The notes: generated by a model not told the origin, from the sequence alone. A DNA stretch of 64,000 nt from Parvicellaceae bacterium (GCA_047639575.1 JBLIOB010000001.1:178-64177); one strand, 5' to 3'. Positions 18,509-28,458 are shown, counted from the first letter of the stretch. Made by a program: numbers and translations.

Positions 18509-19044
18509 TTTCGTGCAATCTGAAAATTAATTTCGGTGCCATTGCCAGATTTGTCTTCTAACTCAACCTCTAATGTCTCTTTGTAATAAATTCCACATCC
18601 ATGAATTAATCCAAGGGCAAAATGGCCCATTGATCGTTCACTTTTATAAATCATTTCAAGATGATTCTGATCATGCCTGATCATTTGAAAGGATGGCAAT
18701 TCTGCATCCGGATATAGTTTTACAACCTCCACATGAACGTATGATTCAACCTTCTCTAAAAAATCCAATGAATTCTCTATACCTGCAAAAAAATTCTGAT
18801 ATGTATTGCTAAAACTATTGAACATGTATTTCCCAAACGTTTCCAGCAAAATAGGAACTTCTATGTTTTTTAGTTTAGAAAGAGCCACTACTAATTGAAC
18901 TATTTCCTCATGAGGATATGTGCCAACTGAAGTATATGCCCCTATATGACCCAAATTTGCAGATTGAATCATTTTATCCGAGACGTCAAGTCCAAAATTA
19001 TCTTCAACCATTTTAATGTATTCCGTAAACACTACTCCTTTCAT
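18505..19044 (-). CDS. hnoX: H-NOX (haem nitric oxide/oxygen binding) sensor protein
   Basis: 179 aa. Starts MKGVVFTEYIKMV. Candidate proximal His in SYVHVEVVKLYP followed by a conserved Pro. Y-x-S-x-R haem-propionate motif as YKSER, then LGLIHG. 4-nt overlaps with the kinase and the sigma-54 regulator genes. Confidence 0.8.
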   Translation of the reverse strand: MKGVVFTEYIKMVEDNFGLDVSDKMIQSANLGHIGAYTSVGTYPHEEIVQLVVALSKLKNIEVPILLETFGKYMFNSFSNTYQNFFAGIENSLDFLEKVESYVHVEVVKLYPDAELPSFQMIRHDQNHLEMIYKSERSMGHFALGLIHGCGIYYKETLEVELEDKSGNGTEINFQIARK

Positions 19045-20390
19045 ACCAATTCTTTTTGTTCTTGTAATAATCTATAAATTGTTGATTTACCTACATCTAA
19101 TATTTGGGCAACCTTTATAACGTTGTTATTATTTTGATTTAGATATAATCTAATAATTTCATTACTGTATTCTTTCAAAGTAAGTTCTTGGTTCATTAGC
19201 TCCTCAATCCCAACATCACCTGACGAAATTGCGTGAAAATTAATATCATCAACATCTATTGTATTATTTTCACATATGGCACAAGACAATTCAACCAAAG
19301 CTCTTAGCTCCCTTACATTTCCAGGGTAATTGTACGTGAGTAATCTGTCTTGAGCCCGCTGAGTAATATCGGTCGGTGCTAATTTGTTTTGCTTTTGAAA
19401 ATCTTTAATAAAAAATTTAGCTAAAATCAGTATGTCTTCCTTTCTTTTTCTCAGGGCTGGCAATTCGATCGGTAAACCGATTAATCGATAATAAAGATCT
19501 TCTCGAAAGTTTCCATTTTTCACCTCCTCTTGGAGATTTTTATGAGTTGCACAAATAATTCGAATGTCTAGTTTCACTAATGAATTATCTCCAATTCTGC
19601 TCAACTCTCTTTCCTGTAGTACTCGTAAAAGTTTAGCTTGTAAGGCAATGTCCATGTCTCCTATCTCATCTAAGAATAGAGTTCCTTTGTTTGCCGCTTC
19701 AAACTTGCCAATTCGTCTTGAATTTGCACCTGTAAAGGCACCTTTCTCGTACCCGAACAATTCACTTTCCAGAAGCTCCGAAGGGATTGCAGAAACATTC
19801 ACGGCTACAAACTTGCTTTTTTTTCTGTCTGAATTATAATGAATTGCTTTGGCCACAAGCTCCTTCCCTGTTCCCGTTTCGCCATATATAGAAACGTTAA
19901 TATTCGTTTTGCAAGCTTTTTCCATTAACTTAAAAACGCCTATTAACAATTGGCTATTTCCTTTTATATAATTGCCAAATGCATATTTATTAATTACTTC
20001 TTCTTCAAGCTCTACTATTCTTTCTTTTAGCTCTTGTTTTTCCAGAACAATATTAATCGTATTCCATAATCTTTCTTTTGTATCATCGTCTTTCACTATA
20101 TAGTCATAAGCGCCATTATTCAATAAAGTAATCGCAGTTCTCACATCTTCCTGACCTGACACAACAATTACCTCCGACTGAGGACACGATGACAACAACC
20201 TTTTTAAACAGTCTTCTCCACTGATATCGGGAAGACCAAAATCCATGATGATTAGATCGAACCGATTTCGACTTGAGAAAAATGATTTAGACGTTTCAAA
20301 ACATTGAACTTCGAAATCAGGGTTTAAGCTCACCTGATACTTCAACATTTGGGAGTACCATTGGTCGTCTTCAATAATAGCTATTTTCAT
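19041..20390 (-). CDS. Sigma-54-dependent response regulator (NtrC family)
   Basis: 449 aa. Receiver (IIEDD, LIIMDFGLPD), AAA+ domain with GETGTGKE, the GAFTGA loop and RED/RLIG motifs, and a C-terminal Fis-type HTH. Confidence 0.9.
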   Translation of the reverse strand: MKIAIIEDDQWYSQMLKYQVSLNPDFEVQCFETSKSFFSSRNRFDLIIMDFGLPDISGEDCLKRLLSSCPQSEVIVVSGQEDVRTAITLLNNGAYDYIVKDDDTKERLWNTINIVLEKQELKERIVELEEEVINKYAFGNYIKGNSQLLIGVFKLMEKACKTNINVSIYGETGTGKELVAKAIHYNSDRKKSKFVAVNVSAIPSELLESELFGYEKGAFTGANSRRIGKFEAANKGTLFLDEIGDMDIALQAKLLRVLQERELSRIGDNSLVKLDIRIICATHKNLQEEVKNGNFREDLYYRLIGLPIELPALRKRKEDILILAKFFIKDFQKQNKLAPTDITQRAQDRLLTYNYPGNVRELRALVELSCAICENNTIDVDDINFHAISSGDVGIEELMNQELTLKEYSNEIIRLYLNQNNNNVIKVAQILDVGKSTIYRLLQEQKELV

Positions 20391-20637
20391 ATTCTAATAA
20401 ATGGAATGTTTCCCAAAACGGAACACGCGAACAAAAATCCTAGACTTCTCTTTACACTTAAGAAAGTGTTAATTCAGTCAATATAACGTGGCAACAGGAC
20501 GGAAACAATTATTTTCATTAATGGTTTTAGGCTATTTTACGCACCGTAGAATACAGGCTAAAATTCTAATTAATTGGTTCTACGTAACTTCCTACGTTAT
20601 AGTTTCCCGTTTTGGGATTATATTTATTTGAAAAAAG

Positions 20638-21069
20638 CTAAAATCCGTTAGATCTTCTAGTCATAAAATCTTGTAATATGACCGTAGCACTTACTTCATC
20701 TACTAATTCTTTATTAGCACGTTGTTTTTTAGATAAACCAGAATCGATCATTGATTGAAATGCAATTTTAGAAGTAAATCGTTCGTCTATTCTATGAACT
20801 GGGAGAGACGGGAACGTCCTTTGTAAATGAATTGCAAAATTATTGATTGCTTCGGAAGAGTCTGTTTCTTTATTCTGGAGGTTTTTGGGTTCTCCAATAA
20901 CAAAGCATTCAATCGTATTTTTGCTTTCGTATTCTTTCAAATAGACAATTAGGTCTTTAGCATGTACTGTAGTCAAACCCGAGGCTATGATTTGTAAATC
21001 ATCCGTTGCTGCAATCCCTACCCTTTTTGTCCCGTAATCTATCGCTACTATCTTCGCCATTCTGAACAA
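20638..21069 (-). CDS. ruvX: Holliday-junction resolvase-like nuclease RuvX/YqgF
   Basis: 143 aa. VAIDYGTKRVGIA N-terminus and DERFTS motif. Confidence 0.85.
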   Translation of the reverse strand: MFRMAKIVAIDYGTKRVGIAATDDLQIIASGLTTVHAKDLIVYLKEYESKNTIECFVIGEPKNLQNKETDSSEAINNFAIHLQRTFPSLPVHRIDERFTSKIAFQSMIDSGLSKKQRANKELVDEVSATVILQDFMTRRSNGF

Positions 21070-21151
21070 AACTACGTTTTAATGTAAATATTCTACAATC
21101 TTAATTATTCCATTGAATTGAAAATTATATTTGTATCGTAATACTGAAAAC

Positions 21152-21958
21152 ATGAGGGAAGTAATTGAACAAGCTTGGGAGAATAGAGAGTTGCTTAAAG
21201 AAGCATCAACCCAGGAAGCTATAAGGGCTGTTATTGAGGAAATTGATAAGGGAAGGTTAAGAGTTGCCGAACCAATTAACGATGATTGGCAAGTTAATGA
21301 GTGGGTGAAAAAAGCGGTAGTCCTTTATTTTCCAATTCAAAAAATGGAAACGATCGAAGCTGGACCATTAGAGTGGCATGATAAAATGAAACTCAAATCT
21401 AACTATGCTGAGCTTGGAGTGCGAGTTGTACCTCATGCAGTAGCCAGATATGGAGCTTACCTGGCTTCAGGAGTTATCATGATGCCTTCTTATGTGAATA
21501 TTGGAGCATATGTAGATTCTGGAACAATGGTAGACACGTGGGCCACTGTAGGGTCTTGTGCTCAAATTGGCAAAAACGTGCATCTAAGTGGTGGTGTCGG
21601 TATCGGTGGAGTTCTTGAACCTTTACAAGCTGCGCCCGTAATTATCGAAGATGGAGCTTTTGTAGGTTCAAGATGTATAGTAGTTGAAGGCGCAAGAATT
21701 AGTAAAGAAGCTGTTCTAGGAGCAAACGTGGTGATTACAAAGTCCACTAAAATTATTGATGTATCAGGATCTGAACCTATAGAGCATAGAGGGTATGTAC
21801 CCCCAAGGAAAGTAGTTATTCCTGGCTCATACCCTAAGAAATTCAATGCTGGAACCTACAATGTTCCTTGCGCACTTATTATTGGAGAAAGAAAACCAAG
21901 TACGGATTTAAAAACTTCATTAAACGATGCTCTAAGAGAATATGATTTAGCCGTATAA
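21152..21958 (+). CDS. dapD: 2,3,4,5-tetrahydropyridine-2,6-dicarboxylate N-succinyltransferase
   Basis: Hexapeptide-repeat transferase with a DapD-type N-terminal domain. I place the start at ATG 21152 (MREVIE) rather than the TTG at 21131 used by the ORF track. Confidence 0.85.
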   Translation: MREVIEQAWENRELLKEASTQEAIRAVIEEIDKGRLRVAEPINDDWQVNEWVKKAVVLYFPIQKMETIEAGPLEWHDKMKLKSNYAELGVRVVPHAVARYGAYLASGVIMMPSYVNIGAYVDSGTMVDTWATVGSCAQIGKNVHLSGGVGIGGVLEPLQAAPVIIEDGAFVGSRCIVVEGARISKEAVLGANVVITKSTKIIDVSGSEPIEHRGYVPPRKVVIPGSYPKKFNAGTYNVPCALIIGERKPSTDLKTSLNDALREYDLAV

Positions 21959-21998
21959 CAGTTGAAGTTCATCTAATATCAAACCTTATCTTTGAGCC

Positions 21999-23111
21999 AT
22001 GCGAATCGGATTTGACGCTAAAAGGGCATATCATAACAATACTGGACTAGGTAATTACAGTAGGGATCTTATTCAAGGAATGGCAAATTCCTATAAGGAT
22101 GATGACTATTTCTTATTTACTCCTAGCCTCTCGGAGAATCCAAGAATTGCATTCACCAATTACTTCCCTAATGTCAATGCGGTTATTCCGCAGTCAACTT
22201 TAGATCGACAATTTAAAAGCTATTGGCGATCTGTGAACTTGGAAAAGGATTTGATTAAAAACGGAATTGAGTTATACCATGGCTTAAGCCAAGAAATACC
22301 GAAACGTAAGGGCGGAAAAGTGAAATACGTTGTAACGATTCACGATTTAATTTTCTTGAGATTTCCAGAGACTTACAAGGCAATTGATCGGAAGATATAT
22401 GATAAAAAGTTTCGGTATGCGACTGAAAATGCGGACTTAGTAATAGCTATCTCTGAGCAAACGAAATCAGACCTCATCGAATTTTATGATGCGGACCCGG
22501 ATAAAATTCGAGTCGTTTATCAAAGTTGTCACGATCAATTTAAACAGGAGTTAACTGCGGATTCTAAAACCAAAATAATAGAAAAACACAAATTACCGTC
22601 AGACTATATCTTGTATGTTGGTACGATTGAAAAAAGAAAAAACTTAGTTTCTTTGATTAAGGCATGTGCAAATATTAACACGCCCATTGTGGCAATTGGG
22701 AACCAAACCGATTACTTCAACGAGGTGAAAAAGGTTGTTGCTGCTAATGGTATGGAAAAGCAAGTTCATTTTCTTCAAGACATTCCCTTTACAGATCTGC
22801 CGGCCATATACCAGTCCGCCAAATTGTTTTGCTACCCATCGGTTTTTGAAGGATTTGGTATTCCAATTATTGAAGCGCTTTATTCCAAAATTCCGGTGAT
22901 CACTTCTAAGGGTGGAGTTTTCTCAGAAACTGGAGGTCCGAGTTCTACCTACATTGACCCGCTTGATATAGATCAGCTGAGTTCAGCAATTGAAAAAACG
23001 TTGAGCACTAACAATTCTGAGCAAATAGCTGAAGGCTATAAATTTGTTCAGAAATTCTCTACGGAAAATCATATCAAAGGCATTCGAAACGTTTACAAGG
23101 AATTATTTTAA
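21999..23111 (+). CDS. Glycosyltransferase family 1/4
   Basis: 370 aa. C-terminal CYPSVFEGFGIPIIEALYSKIPVITS motif. Confidence 0.7.
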   Translation: MRIGFDAKRAYHNNTGLGNYSRDLIQGMANSYKDDDYFLFTPSLSENPRIAFTNYFPNVNAVIPQSTLDRQFKSYWRSVNLEKDLIKNGIELYHGLSQEIPKRKGGKVKYVVTIHDLIFLRFPETYKAIDRKIYDKKFRYATENADLVIAISEQTKSDLIEFYDADPDKIRVVYQSCHDQFKQELTADSKTKIIEKHKLPSDYILYVGTIEKRKNLVSLIKACANINTPIVAIGNQTDYFNEVKKVVAANGMEKQVHFLQDIPFTDLPAIYQSAKLFCYPSVFEGFGIPIIEALYSKIPVITSKGGVFSETGGPSSTYIDPLDIDQLSSAIEKTLSTNNSEQIAEGYKFVQKFSTENHIKGIRNVYKELF

Positions 23112-23674
23112 TGGAAGAACAAATTGAAAAGGCAATTGAAACGCTACGAAACGGTGGTGTAATTCTTTATCCAACAGATACAATTTGGGGATTAGGCTGC
23201 GATGCTTCAAATGAAGAAGCAGTACAGAAATTATATGCTATTAAAAAGCGGTCTGATTCAAAAAGTTTGATCGTACTAATTGATCATCATCAAAAATTAG
23301 GAAGGTATGTAAAGCACATTCCTGATGCAGCGTGGGACATTATTGATCACAGCGCAAAGCCGACTACCTTAATTCTTGACGGTGCTTATAATATGGCGTC
23401 TGGAGTAATAGCCGAAGATGGTTCTATTGGCATTCGAGTTTGTAGCATGGAATTTTGTCAGAAATTAATTAGAAGGTTAAATAAGCCACTAGTTTCAACC
23501 TCTGCCAATATTAGTGGAAGTAAACCAGCACCTAATTTCCAAGATATATCTCTTGAAATTAAAAATCAGGTTGACTATATCGTTGACTTACCCAAATATC
23601 ATAAAACATCAGGAAATGCATCTAGTATTATAAAACTAGATCAGCATGCAAACGTTACTGTAATCCGAAAGTAG
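23111..23674 (+). CDS. tsaC: L-threonylcarbamoyladenylate synthase (YrdC/TsaC)
   Basis: 187 aa YrdC-only protein. ILYPTDTIWGLGCDA and STSANISG motifs. Confidence 0.85.
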   Translation: MEEQIEKAIETLRNGGVILYPTDTIWGLGCDASNEEAVQKLYAIKKRSDSKSLIVLIDHHQKLGRYVKHIPDAAWDIIDHSAKPTTLILDGAYNMASGVIAEDGSIGIRVCSMEFCQKLIRRLNKPLVSTSANISGSKPAPNFQDISLEIKNQVDYIVDLPKYHKTSGNASSIIKLDQHANVTVIRK

Positions 23675-23677
23675 CTT

Positions 23678-24529
23678 TTAAGCCGAATGAAATGCGGCTA
23701 ACCCTTCAATAGGTGCTTCTATAACCTGTCCGAGGGTAATTCCTCTCATTTTACAAATATCAGCTAATATCAGTCGGTTGTAAAAACCAACCGAACCCAC
23801 AATATGGAGCGGTACATCTTGATGCTGACTGTATTTACAAATGTGCTTATCAAGGAATGATTCCAAACACTGAATAATCAAATTTTTAGCGTAGAATTCG
23901 TCCTCCTTTATCTGATAAATCCATTTTGAAAAAGAGGCTAAGAATCGATTTGGTAAATCACCGATATATACCTCATCCAGCAGTTGTTCTTTAGAGTAAC
24001 CGAATTTTTTATCAAAAAGATCTCGCATGGTATCTGGTACCTCATGATCTAGATAATCCTTAATTAACTTTTTCCCTATTTGAGATCCACTACCTTCATC
24101 TCCAAGTATATATCCTAACGCAGTTACGTTTCTTACAATTTCGGTACCATCAAAGAAACAAGAATTGGATCCAGTACCCAGAATAGCCGCCATACCTGGC
24201 TGATCTCCACATAAAGCACGCGCTGCTCCAAGCAGGTCATGGTCTACATTTATTTCAGCTTTAGGAAATACGGCTTCGAATGCGTCTTCTAATATTTTAC
24301 ATTTTTCTGCGCTTGAGCAACCTGCTCCGTAAAACCATATTTGTTTAATTTCAAATACGCCCACGTCTTCTAATTGAGGAAGCAGTTCTTGTAAGAAAGT
24401 TACTTTACAATCTTCAGTGGATTTGAAAAACGGATTAAGCCCTTGGGTTTTAGCCTCGATTAAGCCCCCTTTGTCTTTTATTACTTTCCAGTCTGTTTTG
24501 GTTGAACCACTATCAGCGATCAGAATCAT
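23678..24529 (-). CDS. BadF/BadG/BcrA/BcrD-type ATPase, N-acetylglucosamine kinase-like
   Basis: 283 aa. MILIADSGSTKTDW N-terminus and GTGSNS, GYILGDEGSG motifs. Confidence 0.7.
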   Translation of the reverse strand: MILIADSGSTKTDWKVIKDKGGLIEAKTQGLNPFFKSTEDCKVTFLQELLPQLEDVGVFEIKQIWFYGAGCSSAEKCKILEDAFEAVFPKAEINVDHDLLGAARALCGDQPGMAAILGTGSNSCFFDGTEIVRNVTALGYILGDEGSGSQIGKKLIKDYLDHEVPDTMRDLFDKKFGYSKEQLLDEVYIGDLPNRFLASFSKWIYQIKEDEFYAKNLIIQCLESFLDKHICKYSQHQDVPLHIVGSVGFYNRLILADICKMRGITLGQVIEAPIEGLAAFHSA

Positions 24530-24531
24530 GC

Positions 24532-27195
24532 TTACAAAGTAAACTTAATTCCTGCATTAATTTGTCTAAATCCTCCAGGCATTATTCCAGAAGATACTCG
24601 ATGCAACCTAGAAGCCTTATAGACCTTATTTGTTAAGTTTTTCCCTACAACAAAAATACTCATGTTGCTCAATAGTTTTTTCTTGCTTTTGATTCTATAT
24701 CCAATGTTAGCATCGATAACGGAATATGCATCTAACTTTCCAATTGCCCCTTCAGCAGTTTCATTCTCAAAGTTTAAATACTCGGAGTATTGGGCACCTA
24801 CAACGCTATAACTTGCGCCTATACTAAATCCTTTATACGCATAGCTTAAGCTTCCCGTTATTATTTGGGAAGGGGTATAAGGAGCTCTATTATCAGCAAT
24901 TTTTCCTTCTCCAAATTCATATTCAACTGATTCTATACTTCCGAAATCAGCATAAACTAGATCTCTAGAAATTAGACTGTCGCCTGCGAAAAACACGTTA
25001 AACCCTCCTCTTTCCGTATTGATCTTATCAATTAATTCATTCTTAGAATCTGTCGTATGGTTTGCTTTAAACATGTCCGAATCTTTTAATTTGCCATCTA
25101 ATATTGTTGACTTCATCATGGTTAAAGCAACGCCAACCACAATCTTATGTTCTTCTAATTTTAAAAGATGAGCTAAATCAAAGTTCGCACTTACTTCCAA
25201 TCCCTTAATATCTACAGATCCTAAAGTCTCGAAAGCCTCTTTTCGTCCAGCCGCGTAGTAATTTTGAATTACGTTATAAAATGAAGTGACCTGTCCAGAT
25301 AACTTACCTTGAAAAGCATATCCCCTTGTACCGACTTCAAAACTATTGCTTGTTTCAGATTTGATATTTACCTCATCTATTGCCGGGGATGTATTTACTA
25401 TCCCCTCTTCATCAACTCCAACAAACCCAACGCTTGACGTTGGAGGTGTAAACCCTTGATAATACCCACCAAAAATTTCCAGCTTATTTAAATTTGTATC
25501 TACTAATACTTGCTGTATAGATATACCAGGTAGCAACTGACTAAATTTATTTAGCGTTGATCCGTAGTGTTTTGATCCATCATTTAAAGGGTCATTCGAA
25601 ATAGATAGCAAATTAAACTTCCGCATTTCTATTAGCTCATATCTAAGCATTGGAGAGAAACTAAATTTCTTATATGTAAACTGATTTTTTACGTAGCCAG
25701 ACATAGCCGTCATTGAAAACTTCTCATCTTTTATCAAGTTTCCGCTTCGTGCAAACCTGCTGGAGTCTCCAGTTATTTCTTGATTGAAAAATTGCTCTGT
25801 ATGCACATTCAATCCAACCGTCAACTGCCCTTTGAAATCAGATGAAAGATCATACTTCCATTTAAAGTCTTCTTTTACTCCAGCTACTCTAAAAACTCTG
25901 TTTCGGGCTTTCGTTGACTCTCTTCCGTTGCTCAATCTACCAACTCTCACATAATCGTCTCCAGAAAATGTTTGATCTGTTAAGTATGAATATCTACTAT
26001 TGAAAATATCTTCTCCCAAATAAGTTCGTACATCAGAGGCTGCTAACAAGGTTGTGTTCTGTCTCCACCAATCTCTTGAAAATTGTGAGGCGTAAACAGT
26101 TGTTGTAAACATCGTTTTTTCATTTAAACTGTACTTATAGATTAAATCCAACGCATATCTTTTAGTAGATAAATCATCAGAATCAAATGGATTTTGAATT
26201 GGATCAAGCGCAAACGTCAATGGAGTTTGTCCGCTGTAAGTGGCTTGTGATTCTTCTTGATGAAAATTGAATTTCGCGTATAGAGTCGATTTACTCCCTA
26301 GGTCTGCGTAGACTTTTCCGGTGGTATTAAATATCTTAGAAGAGGTATTATTTTGGAATCCATTGAACGACTTATTTAAGATCTGCAGTTCCGCTCCAAC
26401 ATTGTTTCGTGTTCCTCCTAAAGTTACGAATTGGGATTGGTATCCTCTTTGACCGCCAACTAATGAAACTCCTAGTTCTGGTTTTAATGAAGGTCTTTTG
26501 GTAATGTAATTAATGACGCCATACATATTATTTGGCCCCATTGTTAAAACATCTGCGCCTTTAATAATTTCAATTCCGTCCAATCGATCAGCGGGTGGAT
26601 TATAATAAGCTGATGGTGACAAATAAGGAGCAGGTGCAATCGGAATTCCGTCTTCTAATAACAATACTTTTTCGGATCGTCTTGGATACGACCCTCTAAT
26701 CCCAATATTTAGTCTATTGGAAATACCCATATCTCCAGCAACATTTACTCCTACTACTTTCTTTAAAATTTCTTCACTTCCTAGCGGCTGAACTTTTCTC
26801 AACTCCATTTGAGATATTACATTTGATGTTCCCTGATAATGGCTGCTGTATCCCGGCCTGATATAGACAATTTCAAAAGGATCCATGAGTGTAAACAAAG
26901 GACTCATTTCAACGGTACCAATGTCAGTGATTCCATCGTTAAACTCTACCTCTGCGATCACCACTTTTGCATAACCTAAAGTAGTAATCGAAACATGGTA
27001 AACTCCGCTTTTCACATTTTCGATGAAAATGTTTCCCTCTTCATCTGAATAAGTGTTAATCAAATCGCCAATAGAAACAGAAACACTTTGCATGTTTGCT
27101 CCTCCGTTACTAGAAACTACTTTTGCTTTTAAAGTTCCTGCATACGCTGAAATACTTAACAATAACAACACAACAACCCCGCAATACTTCATCAA
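24532..27195 (-). CDS. TonB-dependent receptor with carboxypeptidase-regulatory-like N-domain
   Basis: 887 aa. Signal peptide, CarbopepD_reg-like beta sandwich, plug (NVAGDMGISNRLNIGIRG) and a long beta-barrel. Confidence 0.8.
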   Translation of the reverse strand: MMKYCGVVVLLLLSISAYAGTLKAKVVSSNGGANMQSVSVSIGDLINTYSDEEGNIFIENVKSGVYHVSITTLGYAKVVIAEVEFNDGITDIGTVEMSPLFTLMDPFEIVYIRPGYSSHYQGTSNVISQMELRKVQPLGSEEILKKVVGVNVAGDMGISNRLNIGIRGSYPRRSEKVLLLEDGIPIAPAPYLSPSAYYNPPADRLDGIEIIKGADVLTMGPNNMYGVINYITKRPSLKPELGVSLVGGQRGYQSQFVTLGGTRNNVGAELQILNKSFNGFQNNTSSKIFNTTGKVYADLGSKSTLYAKFNFHQEESQATYSGQTPLTFALDPIQNPFDSDDLSTKRYALDLIYKYSLNEKTMFTTTVYASQFSRDWWRQNTTLLAASDVRTYLGEDIFNSRYSYLTDQTFSGDDYVRVGRLSNGRESTKARNRVFRVAGVKEDFKWKYDLSSDFKGQLTVGLNVHTEQFFNQEITGDSSRFARSGNLIKDEKFSMTAMSGYVKNQFTYKKFSFSPMLRYELIEMRKFNLLSISNDPLNDGSKHYGSTLNKFSQLLPGISIQQVLVDTNLNKLEIFGGYYQGFTPPTSSVGFVGVDEEGIVNTSPAIDEVNIKSETSNSFEVGTRGYAFQGKLSGQVTSFYNVIQNYYAAGRKEAFETLGSVDIKGLEVSANFDLAHLLKLEEHKIVVGVALTMMKSTILDGKLKDSDMFKANHTTDSKNELIDKINTERGGFNVFFAGDSLISRDLVYADFGSIESVEYEFGEGKIADNRAPYTPSQIITGSLSYAYKGFSIGASYSVVGAQYSEYLNFENETAEGAIGKLDAYSVIDANIGYRIKSKKKLLSNMSIFVVGKNLTNKVYKASRLHRVSSGIMPGGFRQINAGIKFTL

Positions 27196-27284
27196 ATCCT
27201 TTATTTAGATCAATTTTAAATAACGACACAAATCTAGGTGCTGTAAGGATATTAGACAATACCTGAATTAAGGTATTTTACGTT

Positions 27285-27668
27285 TTAGGCACTTTTATTT
27301 CTAATTAAATTAATACTGTAAATGTTTAAGCTTTCCATTAAATTGGTCACTGCATTTTCATCTTTAACAATGTAGACATCAGGATAATAACCCTGCGTAT
27401 TGAAGGTCTGTTTCAGGCCTCTATCGCTTGATAAAATAATTACAAATACACCTCGATAATATTGTTTTAAAAGGCTTAAAACTTCCACACCATTCAAATC
27501 AGGTAGGGAGCAATCAATAATCGCGACATCGGGTTTTGAATCTAAATCTGTAAAAAACCGATAGGCATTAGCGTGCAAAATAACACTAACATGATCTTCA
27601 AAATTAAGCCGCTCTTTAATTAAACTACCGTAAAAGTTATCGTCATCTACTATTGATATTTTCATCAT
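27285..27668 (-). CDS. Stand-alone response-regulator receiver protein
   Basis: 127 aa. IVDDD, AIIDCSLPD, IILSS receiver motifs. No output domain and no TM. Confidence 0.75.
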   Translation of the reverse strand: MMKISIVDDDNFYGSLIKERLNFEDHVSVILHANAYRFFTDLDSKPDVAIIDCSLPDLNGVEVLSLLKQYYRGVFVIILSSDRGLKQTFNTQGYYPDVYIVKDENAVTNLMESLNIYSINLIRNKSA

Positions 27669-27774
27669 TGTTTTCCAATTGAGTATTTATTTACATCAAA
27701 TATTGGAATCGCTCAGGACATTAGAACGTATCAACTTCCCTATAGGTTATATCAATTACCGATTGCAGGGTTTA

Positions 27775-28458
27775 CTAGTTTGAACTAGCGAAAAGAAACT
27801 TATTTGGACTAACTAATTGTGTTTTAACTGCGTACATCACGATTCCAGCTGTGTTATTTACGCCTAACTTTCTCATGATGTTCTTTCGATGCGTATTCAC
27901 CGTATGGCTACTTAGAAACAGCATATCGGCTACTTGAGTGTTAGTATACCCTTCAGCTATATGCGTAATCACTTCCATTTCTCGTTGAGACAACGAAATA
28001 GGATCGCAATTCATTTCTTCAAACTCTATTTCGTCAACGTTGATTTTCTCTTCACGTATTTTTTGAAGAATTTGACCACAGAAAAATTTATTTCCAGCTG
28101 CTGTTTCAATAACTGACTCGGCAATTTCTGATGCGGAACAATCTTTTTTAATATGACTGGTAATCCCTACTTTAATCGCATTGATTATAGTCTGTGCGGA
28201 TTGCTCAATAGTAATTGCAACAAATTTAACTTCAGGATGCACTTTTAAAACCGATGGGATAACTTGAATATCAAACTCGTTCGAAGTGTAATCTATCAAA
28301 ACAATCTGAGGCTTATTCTGTTTTACAAGTTGCAATAGATCATCTCCATTTACAGCTTCATCAATCACTTTAATCTGGCCAGAAGTTTCAAGTACCGTTC
28401 TTAAACCAATTCGAATTAGTTCACTAGAATCTGCAAGTAATACACTTATTTTATCCAT
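27775..28458 (-). CDS. LuxR/NarL-family two-component response regulator
   Basis: 227 aa. Receiver domain plus C-terminal LSQREMEVITHIAEGYTNTQVADMLFLSSHTVNTHRKNIMRKLG HTH. Confidence 0.85.
   Translation of the reverse strand: MDKISVLLADSSELIRIGLRTVLETSGQIKVIDEAVNGDDLLQLVKQNKPQIVLIDYTSNEFDIQVIPSVLKVHPEVKFVAITIEQSAQTIINAIKVGITSHIKKDCSASEIAESVIETAAGNKFFCGQILQKIREEKINVDEIEFEEMNCDPISLSQREMEVITHIAEGYTNTQVADMLFLSSHTVNTHRKNIMRKLGVNNTAGIVMYAVKTQLVSPNKFLFASSN

Noticed and set aside
21131-21151. N-terminal extensions from non-ATG starts in the ORF track (dapD TTG 21131, CBM9-like GTG 28478, 59850 GTG, 57637, 49507).
   Set aside because: Downstream ATG codons give N-termini that match the expected family start (dapD) or a proper signal peptide or lipobox. 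The extensions add no conserved sequence.
24532-27195. Calling the TonB-dependent receptor locus a canonical SusC/SusD PUL.
   Set aside because: No SusD-like lipoprotein gene follows the receptor. The adjacent downstream gene is a sugar-kinase-like ATPase.
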